From the human T2T-CHM13v2.0 reference genome, Homo sapiens: a DNA stretch of 64,000 nucleotides. How positions within the stretch are numbered: the stretch's first letter is position 1; each line of letters starts with the position of its first letter. The notes under the pieces are model-generated. The model had not been told where the DNA came from. It saw only the letters and a list, made by a program, of their open reading frames with translations, and did not search any database. The DNA lies in the NCBI RefSeq assembly GCF_009914755.1, contig NC_060926.1; one strand, 5' to 3'. Below are positions 51,059 to 64,000 of this stretch, in pieces. Position numbers and translations under genes: made by a program.

Positions 51059-51525
<467 letters not shown>

Positions 51526-51539
51526 CCTATTTATTTCCT

Positions 51540-53800
<2,261 letters not shown>

Positions 53801-54891
53801 GTTTAAAAGCATCCCATATTTATTTCACTCATGTAAAATCATCTCTTCGAAGAAGGTAAACGTTTTTGCTTTTTAATTTTTTCCTGCTCCCTGCATAGTC
53901 TGTTTTCTCTAGGTTTCTGTCTTTCATGTTAAAGGATTAATTTTTAGCAGTCTATTCATAATTAAGAAGGACACACTAAAAAGCCAATTAGCAGCTCTGC
54001 ATGCACGGGCAAGGAGGGTTCAGTAGTAGCTATCACTGTAACTGCCCACTTAACAAGAAACCCTTAAAATGTCAGAATCTGTAGTATTTTTGCCTTTGGC
54101 TAGACAGCTTCTCCAGAGAAAAATCCTCCAATCTGCTTAATGAGCTATAAGCTGATTGCCAGAATTCTGGGAGCCTAGTTGGAAGGAGGGAGCAAGAAGA
54201 ATGAGGGTGGGCAGTCTCAGTCTTCCATATGTAGATTTGCACTTCATTTTCATTTTCAGAACGGTGCCTCAGCGCTCATTCTCTCTGCCTTTGTTTCTGA
54301 ATTTGATGCTTCTCTACTTGAATTTCTCAAGAAAATAAGCTTCCTTTCTTGTTCGGAGGTAAGGGAGAGGTAGCCATCTGGCAGGGTCAGATATGGAAAG
54401 GAATCTGTGGTTTTAAGTCTTCCTTATGTTCTTTCAACAAGACTCTGTTATGAGCCCCTCTCACCTCCAGCTAGTTAACGCGACTGAAAGGTTCCGATTC
54501 CTGAACCTTTCAGAGTAAACTTTGTAAACTGGCATGCCTACTGGCATTTTCTCTGCAGGCTACTTTCCATTTTTCATTGGCTTCACATTTTTCAGTTTGT
54601 TGACATCACTAATTTGCTGGTTTCTTCTATCTTAGTTGGATTTAAAGCATGCTTATTTTTTGCACAAGTGTGCAATCCACAACATTTATCTAGAGGTCAA
54701 AATAGTTTTGAATTACCAAGTAATAACCCAAAGTAGCAGTCCTGACCCTTCGTGCCATCCAGTGTGGCTGCAGAGTTCTTACGTCTAAGGAAGGGAGGGA
54801 GGCTGAAAGGTGGGGCCTGGTTCACTCAAATTAGTAATTTTAAAACATTGTCGTTTGTAAAGATATACAAGAAAGTGTAGATGACTGTTTT

Positions 54892-55238
54892 CTTTTTTAA
54901 GAGACAGTGTCTTGCTTCGTCACCCAGGCTGGAATGCAGTGACATGATCACTGTAACCTCAACTGCCTGACTTCAAGTGATCCTTCCACCTTAGCCTCCC
55001 AAGTAGCTGGGACTATAGGCATGCACCATCATGCTGAAGTGAGAAGTGCTTGAAGCCAGGAGTTCAAGACCAGTCTGGACAGCATAGGGAGATCTGATGT
55101 TTTTAAATTTTTTTTTTTTTGTAGAGATAGGCTCTCCCTGTGTTGTCCGGACTGGTCTTGAATTCCTGGCCTCAAGCGATTCTCACGTCAGCATCCCCAA
55201 GTGCTGGAATTACAGGCATTAGCCACCTCGCTCAGCCA
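54892..55238 (-). mobile_element. AluJ containing an inverted copy of part of its own left arm
   Basis: 55031-55092 is the reverse complement of 55133-55194. Confidence 0.88.
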
Positions 55239-55859
55239 ATTTCTATAATCCTCCTATAATGGCAAACCAATATAAAAGTAAAAATTAAAAACTGCAACAT
55301 CAGACAGAATTGCCCTTATATAAAAAGAATGAAAAAGTAATTACAAATCAATAAAAAGATGAGCACCCAATAGAAAAATAAAGATGGCTAAAATATGTGA
55401 AAATAACATTTTTCACCTATAAGGTTAATAAAATTTAATAGGCCATTTCTTGAATTGAGGGGTGCAATTTGGCAATTCTGTCAAAATGTGAAATGTGATT
55501 ACTCTTTTCGACTGAGAAACTCCAGTTCAGGAAGTATCATGAGCACATAAATGGGTGCTTGAAAAGCTATATGATGGGTAAGCATAGGCAGAGAGTAACA
55601 ACAAAAAAAAGAAAACTACAGAAAAATAAAACTAAGAAAAGCTGTATGGCAAAAACCCATCAGCATGGGATTGATGAAGTAAGTTACCATTCCATCTCAC
55701 AGTGGGATACTCTGCAGCAATGAAAAAATGATAGTGGGGAGGTGATTTTCCTTTTGTTTAAATCTTTTTGACTGAATCTTTTCTAATAAGCATGTCTTAC
55801 TTTTACAATCAGAAAAAGCAAGATTGCCATTTCATTTTATTCACTTAGAAGCAATTTTG

Positions 55860-57190
55860 AATAGTAGTTGAGAGTATGACCTTGGGAACAAAATTGCCTG
55901 GGTTCAAGTCTGAGCACCACCTCCTTGTTAAACCTTCAACAAACTGCTTGATGTCTTTGCTCCTGTTTGCCTGTCATTAAAAGGAATATAATAACAACCT
56001 CATGAGGTTGCGGTAAGAATTAAATAAATTAATATACAAGATATTAATACTTGGAACCTACCTGGCTCAAAAAAGGCAGTTGATATGTATTAGCTACTAT
56101 TATTTCATTTTGGAAACACAAAGATTATTTAATGATTTGTGTTTAGGCTGTGTCAAAATGTCTCTGGCATCAAACAGCTGTTTTAAAATGCCAGCGGTCA
56201 ATGGGAAAAAAACAAGAACCAAGTGACAGGTTTAAATATTGGAAAGGAAGAAACAACATGTAATTATTTGCAGATGATGCAATTGCCTATCTAAGAAAAT
56301 CCAGGAGAATCAACTGAAAAATTATCAGGATGAGTAAGAAAATTCAGTAGAAGAATAAAAGAGACATATTTTGAATTCAATAGCCTTACGCTATACTAGC
56401 AATTACTAGTTAGAAAATAAAACGGAAAAAAAAGATTCAATTCACAATAACAAAAAAATATAAAACCTCTAGAAGAAAGTTTCACAAGAAATGTATAAGT
56501 GCACACAAAGAAAATCAAGGTGTTGGCTGCTTTCCGGAGGCTCTAGGGGAGAAGACATTTCCTTGTTCATTCAGCTTGTTGGCAGAATTCAGTTCCTGAC
56601 AGTGACAGGACTGAATTTACCTGCTGGCTGTCAGCTGAGGACTGTTTCCAGTTTCTAGAAGCTGCCCACATTCCTTGGTTTGCAGCCCCCTTTTTCTACC
56701 TTCAAAGCCAGCAACAGCAGGCAGTTCTCCTCATGCTTTGAATCTCTCCTTCCATCTCCTCTTCTCTTAAAGAAGAGAGGAAAGTTTCTCACTTTTAAGA
56801 GTTCATATGATTAGATCGGGCCACCTAGATAACCCAGGAAACTTTCCCCATCTAAAGGTCGGTAACCCTTACTCACTTCTGCAGAGTCCCTTCTGTCATG
56901 AAGGTAACATATTTACAGGGGCTGAGGATTAGGATGTGGATATCTTTGGTGGGACATTATTTTGGGGGGCTGTTATTATAAGAGTTAAGAGTGTCTGCTT
57001 TGGAACCAAACCTCAGGGTTTAGAATCCTAGTTTCACCATCTAATGGCTGAGCAAGATTGAACAGCTTACTTTACATTTCCCCATCTTTATAATAATGGC
57101 CTCAGCCTCATCTGTCATAAGAATTACTTAACATGTATATTTAACAGGATGCCTAACATGCAAGTACTCAATAAATGTCAGCTATAATTA
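55860..57190. mobile_element. MIR (55860-56100), L1 ORF2 fragment (56220-56510), MLT1 LTR (-, 56512-56960), MIR (56980-57190)
   Basis: ttatttgcagatgat...gaaaatccaggagaatcaac; caaggtgttggctg...ggaggctctaggggagaa...ggattaggatgtggatatcttt. Confidence 0.75.
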
Positions 57191-58569
57191 TTAATAGTCA
57201 ACTTAAACAAGGAACATTTTCTGATCTCAATTAGGTTTCACCTTGTTTCCAACCCAGGGCTGCAGCCTGTCGAGAGTTTTTAATCTTGATTCTGTGGTCT
57301 TCAGTATTGTAACTTCCTTCTAGATTGGTGTTATCTTCCCTTTGACAGCATGCTTGCTCCTTCATCTCAGTCACAAAGTCAGGCAGGGTCACCCTGTGGC
57401 TTTGGCACAAATGGAGGCAGTTCTCATCTGTGAGAACAACTTTACATAGAGACCATGACTACATGGGCAAGGTGCTGACAGGAAGGGGAAAGGAAATACA
57501 GAGTTCCCTGCCGTTACAGAGTTCAGAGACAAATGACTGTTTTAACAAAAAAACAGAAAAAAATGGAGTTACTGCAGTGGTACCCAAGGCCTACTCTATG
57601 CCATTTAATTTGGGTTTAATTAACAAATAAGATAAATAAGAGAGATATTATCACTATTCTACAGATTAACAAAAAACTGAGGCTCACACCATCGTTAGGG
57701 CTTGTTCAGGCTCATATGGCTGATAAAGGGCAGCATAGGACGCAAATCCAGGATTTTTGACTTTGCTAAGTCCTATGCTTCCTCCCCTCGGCACCTTCTT
57801 TAGAAGGATATGGAAACCAAAATGGAAAACAGTTTCCTATGCTTATCGAAAACTGGAGTAGGGTCTGCCACTGGCAGACAGTTCTGTTTGTTTGCCACAT
57901 CTGAGAATCTCAAAAACCCCAAAAAGTGGACAACTAAATGATGGAAAAAATCCTGGGGTGTTGATGAAAGAAGAGCTACTTAATTAGAAGAAACTAAAAA
58001 TGATAGAAAAAAAAAAGAAAATTGAGACTCATCAACCTAGAAATGTTACAGTCGAGAAAAGAAACCTATCAAATCCAGACTGACAGAACTAAGAAGGACA
58101 GGGACTGTTTATGATAATCTAGTTGGCACTTTTCAAACACCTGTGAAGTACTTATTCACAGACCAGAAAACAAACTTATCAAACTCTGTATCTCCACAAA
58201 GAGTGCTGGCCAGAAATATTCAGGCAGGTAGTCATGCCAGTGAGTTCCTGGGAAAAAAATGCTAAGTTGAATCATTAGAAATTAAATTGTGTTTTCCCAT
58301 ATGAACAGCAATATGATGAGGGGTCCTGGCCAAGGGGGTATCATGTCAAATAAACCACACATATGGCCAACATAATATTAAAACTCTTATGTTGTCTCTG
58401 GAAAATTCCATACTCATTAAAAATAAAAGGGCCTTTATGTACCATATCTTGGTTATATAAGGAATGTCCATCTACCATAAGCTGCGTATACAAATATAAC
58501 TTATATATATATATACAATACCAAAAGTTCTATAATAAATTTCCCTTAAACCTCAAGGTTAAAATTAAA

Positions 58570-59250
<681 letters not shown>

Positions 59251-59927
59251 GCTGTCCAGGCAGGTTGGGGTAATTTGAATTGCCAACTTGCTGTTATTTT
59301 CTAGTACCTGAGCTAGACTTTTTAATCTATAAAATCCATTTGTATTGCAGAAAAACCACAGATTCACAATGGCAATGATTGGATTGTGGCAGTTGATATC
59401 TCCTATTGTGGTAGCATAGGGACTCTCTGGAATACCCTTATCTCTTCTAGAGATTTGTATTGAATGTCACCAAAAGTACTTTTCTACGTAGTATTTCATT
59501 ATGAGATCAGTTGGTCCTCAGGTATTGTTGCTATTCCCGTTTTACACGAAAGGAATCTAATGTTTAACAGTCATCTTAAATGACTTGCTCCCAGTCACAC
59601 AGCTCATTAGCGGCAGAGCTGGGATAAGCAGCCAGGTCTCACAAAGTCCTAACCCAGTGTTCTACTACACAACACTCTCTCAAAATTATTGGGAATTATT
59701 TTAGGCTCATCCAAAATGACCAGAATGGAATGAGTTATCTCTGTCCCTTCTTAACTCCACCACATTATCTTGGGCTACTTTATAAACTGTGCCTTAAATG
59801 AAAAATACTACTCTTTCCCGCAGGATAACCAGCAGCTGTCTGCCAGCACAAAGATACTTCTTCCAAGAATCTTTGGGAGCTGGCGAGATGTATACATGGT
59901 CAAATCAGGATTTCTAGTTGATAATAG

Positions 59928-60272
<345 letters not shown>

Positions 60273-60311
60273 CCAATTCATTTTTTAAATGCCTAAGATC
60301 ACTCCCTCTCA

Positions 60312-60325
60312 CCACTAGATGGCCA
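60312..60325 (+). promoter_or_regulatory. Candidate CTCF motif
   Basis: CCACTAGATGGCCA. Confidence 0.3.
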
Positions 60326-62529
60326 ATGGCATAGTGAGACTTTCTTCTGACTATAAATGCTCTGTTCAGATTTTTCTCAAAGCCACCATGACTGCAGGGG
60401 GAGTAATTATTGCGTCTCTTCCTCCCAAGTCTTTAGGATCTGGTATACTCCAGATTTCTTCAAGCTCAGAAAGGCCAGTCTTTGAAGAACACAGCTTTTG
60501 AGATATCCAAATCCAATACCTAGGTGTGCAAACACTGATTTCACTCCCTGCATCATAGCAACCCATTCTATCTATATCCTGCCCCCATCCACCTTACCCA
60601 TAACTTGACTAAGAGGAGGTAGTTGATGTCAATTGGGAATCCCATGGGATGGAACCACTGCTGCTTAACAACCATTTCCTCAGCTATCTTCCCATAGACT
60701 GGGATACAAAGTTCCCAGTCCGACCTCTCTCTCTGACCTCTACCAGCTTTAAGGAGCCTCACATGAGCATTTTTCATGATGCAGGCAACTGGCAGGCAGT
60801 CTGATCCTTTCTTTTATTCACTAAGATTGTTGCTAAAATGCAAACTTACTAGGTAACAAACATAATATTATATTAACTTGATCAATTTAAGAACCCTATA
60901 TGGATAATTCAGGCAAGAATAAAACCTTTACTCAATAGCAGTTTTACCTATTTTATCCAAAGAACTTCAGCAGCCCCTTACCACACGTGTTAACTGCTGA
61001 GCCAGAAAAGAATCAGAAAAAGTATGGAATAGAACTGCATTCTTAACAAACCATGCCATGTAGCCTAACTTCTACATTATACAGATGAGGAACTAGACCT
61101 AGGAAATGGGTTGCCCAAGACCAAATAGTGACAGAAGTTACTAAAATCCAGGCCTTGCCCCTCAGTCTCTGCCCTTTCCGCTGTACCCTGCCACATATTC
61201 TTCGTTGGAAGAGCATCATGACCCATTACACGGCCCTGAGCTCCATCCCATGTGTCCCACCTGGTGGCAAGTAGGTTGAGGATGGGACTCCATCTATTCC
61301 CTGTGCACTTTCAGTGTCTTGCTCTACAGTTTATAAACCATGTGGCCTTCATTCACACATAATGGCAATAATTTGCCAAAGCAGTCTTACCTTCCTCAGA
61401 AACATAAATAAACAAAAATAACAGGTTTTACTGATCCTGAGTCGAGTGTTTAAGAAGCAAAACTGCAGGGAGCAAAGGGTTATTACACAGCAGGAGGAGG
61501 TACAACAGGTGTGGAGCTATTTTAGTCTTTTTGGTCAAGTGGTGGAAATTTTGGCTCAAATACTAGTGCCTTGCTGAGAAATATTGTGGGATAAGTGATC
61601 ATACTAGGTCTTTGTAGGACGAGCTTGAATTTGTATTGGCAACAGTCATATAAATATTACTTACCCTTCTAACAGTCTAGCAAGAAAACCTCTACCATGA
61701 CTGAGGTGGCTGATACTGGCATCAGTCCTCTCAATTTTGTTAGGCAGAAAAATCTGAGGTTTTATTATGTATCATACAGGTGCATAAAACAACACGCATT
61801 AGCTATCTCATTTTACATTTTTTTTTTCCAGAAGATTCCTAAAACCCTCTAAAGGATTTATAAATACACTGCACACATAATTTTTGTTTTTATGGATTTT
61901 TGTCTATATAAATCAGTCTCTTATTGAATTCCTCTTCAAGACTTTGAAGCAGCTATGTATATACGTTAGCATGTGTGCCAAAGTCTAAATGAAACTGGGT
62001 AAACTGGTTAAAATAGTCTCTTAATTTTTCAAGAAAATGTGAGTATATTCATGAATAGATCCTCCTGCAGGCTGAGACTCAGTGAGAGTAGCTCAAAATT
62101 AGTTAGGATAAAGTCTGTAAACTAAGCAACCAAAGCATTACTCAGGCTTAGGAACACAAGAGAAATTCTATTTTCCATTCATGGAATCATCCCCTCCCCA
62201 CCCTCAAATCCTCTTTCCTAACCGTTCACTGTGCACAAGACCTCAGTGGGCTCTCTTCCCTGGCTCTAATCTCTTGTCCCATAGTCCAAGGTGACCAGAA
62301 GTAGCCAGCCACCCTAGCAATACAATCATAAACCAGACTCAGGATCCCATCTCCTGCTGGTGTGGGAGTGAACTAACTCAACAGATTCTCCCTACACACC
62401 TTCCCCAATGTATCTAACCGGCTACATTTAAGCCTTGCAGACCCATATTAGCCCTTATTTAAAGGAAAGGATTGCTGGGCTAGACCTACTTTGTTACTGT
62501 AGTAAAATACTGTAGCAAAATAAAATTAC

Positions 62530-62700
62530 TATTTTAACTTTTAAAGTATACAATTCAGTGGCATTTAGTGCATTCACAAGGTGTACAACCATCACCACTA
62601 TCTAGTTCAGAACATTTTAATCACCTAAAATATATCTTGTAGCCAATAGCAATCACACCTCCATTACCCCCAGCTGGCAACCAGAATTTTGCTTTCTAAT
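62530..62700 (-). mobile_element. L1MB 3' terminal fragment
   Basis: ttttaaagtatacaattcagtggcatttagt...aaccatcaccactatctagttcagaacatttt. Confidence 0.85.
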
Positions 62701-64000
62701 CATTTACCAAAGCAGTTAACATTGCTTAGGCTACTACAGCTAATACTTCTACTCACTGAGAAAAGCCAATTATTTCAATGACTCAAAAGGGCTTTTGTGT
62801 AAGATTTTGAGTATTAACATCTAGATTCAAGTCATTATATCCCCGTTTACTTTGTTAAACTTGGGCAGATCAAAAAAATCTGGGTCTCTCATCCCCAATT
62901 TGTGAAACGGAATGATTATACAGCCTTCGCGCCTCCACCACAAGTGCTGATCATTCCTTGACCTTATTTTTTCATCTTATAGTGGAATTCATAAAAGCTA
63001 AAAGATTCAGATTATATTACTCAAAGACTAAAGACTCCCTAATCAATTTTCAGTTCCTCTTAAGAATTTAGGAAATAGTCTGCCTCATATTTAGAAAGAA
63101 GGCTTAGCCATTTCTCCGTTGCTTCCCTTCTAAGCTCAAATTAACCTACTGACTTTTTAAAGCTAACCATCTGCCTGAACTTGTATTGTCTGGCATACTA
63201 AGTGCACTTGATAGAAGCTGGAATAAATGACTGAAATATCCAAGAAGCCAAATCGTTGCAAGTGACACTTCTGATATGGTTTTTGTAGAAACTGAAGGTT
63301 TTTTGGTTTAAAATTGTCATTATTTCTTTGAATTTCTAAGCTGCAACGAAAATAATCTTATCTACTTTACATTCATGCTTTGTGACATCAAAAATCAAAT
63401 ATTTTAAATGGAAATCAATGGATAATAAAATTTGTTTTGAATATATACACACATAGTACAACTAAGTCAGATTCTGCAGATTATCTGGGATATCAGTATT
63501 TTTTAAAAGTTCCCCACATGATCCTTTTTGCTAGTCATGAAATCATCTCCCCACAAAATAAAACGTTACTCTCCTAACTGTCGAGAAGCACTGCTAAATA
63601 TCCCCGTGCAGCACCGGCATTATCTATCTACCTTGTTTTTCTTCCCCTACTCTCCGAAGAAAAGGGTGTTTCACATAAAGTCACATCCAAAAATCACCTT
63701 AATAACCTAAACTTCACAATCGTTAAGTTGTAATCAAGTTTCACACTCCCAAGCTATACCACTGGTATTGTTATTTAATAAGCTATACTAAAATTATGGT
63801 AACAACGAAAGTCTTTCAGGCCATTTACTGTTTTCCGGGCTCTCATTAAACTATGATTACTTCCCAGAAAAAAAAAAAAAATAACATTGCTTCTTAATTT
63901 CTTTTGGTATTACTAGGGAGAAAAAAAAGGAAAAAATAAATGATGACCAGATTACAATTATCAACTCAACTCAAAGCAAACCTTTCAAGGTTGCTCTGTA

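Noticed and set aside
61257-61269. CCACCTGGTGGCA CTCF-like palindrome
   Set aside because: Mismatches at key core positions on both strands.

Overview
Primate (most likely human) genomic DNA with no supportable intact protein-coding gene. Almost all ORFs in the track are Alu/L1 read-throughs or chance frames. The window holds about 48 Alu-derived pieces, fragmented old L1M, L2 and MIR copies, MER5 DNA transposons and several solo LTRs (MLT1, MER34-like with a nested LTR8/26-like fragment, LTR40, THE1D, LTR18, MER4). The most informative element is a short processed retrocopy at 33037-33484 with a TSD and poly(A) tail. It carries a GC-rich 5'UTR and exactly the first 16 codons of USP12 (MEILMTVSKFASICTM), joined to a 236-nt segment that is not USP12 coding sequence and has its own poly(A) signal. 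It may be a fossil of a truncated or intronically polyadenylated USP12 isoform. Also present: an orphan CpG island (~40860-41460) with a near-consensus CTCF site and a nearby full CRE, a complex duplication/inversion scar at 18.1-18.8 kb with a sister copy at 22.6 kb, and a 62-bp fold-back inside an Alu at 55.0 kb. I found no evidence for a novel multi-gene system. Repeat subfamily names and the USP12 match come from recalled sequences, and boundaries without a stated TSD are approximate.
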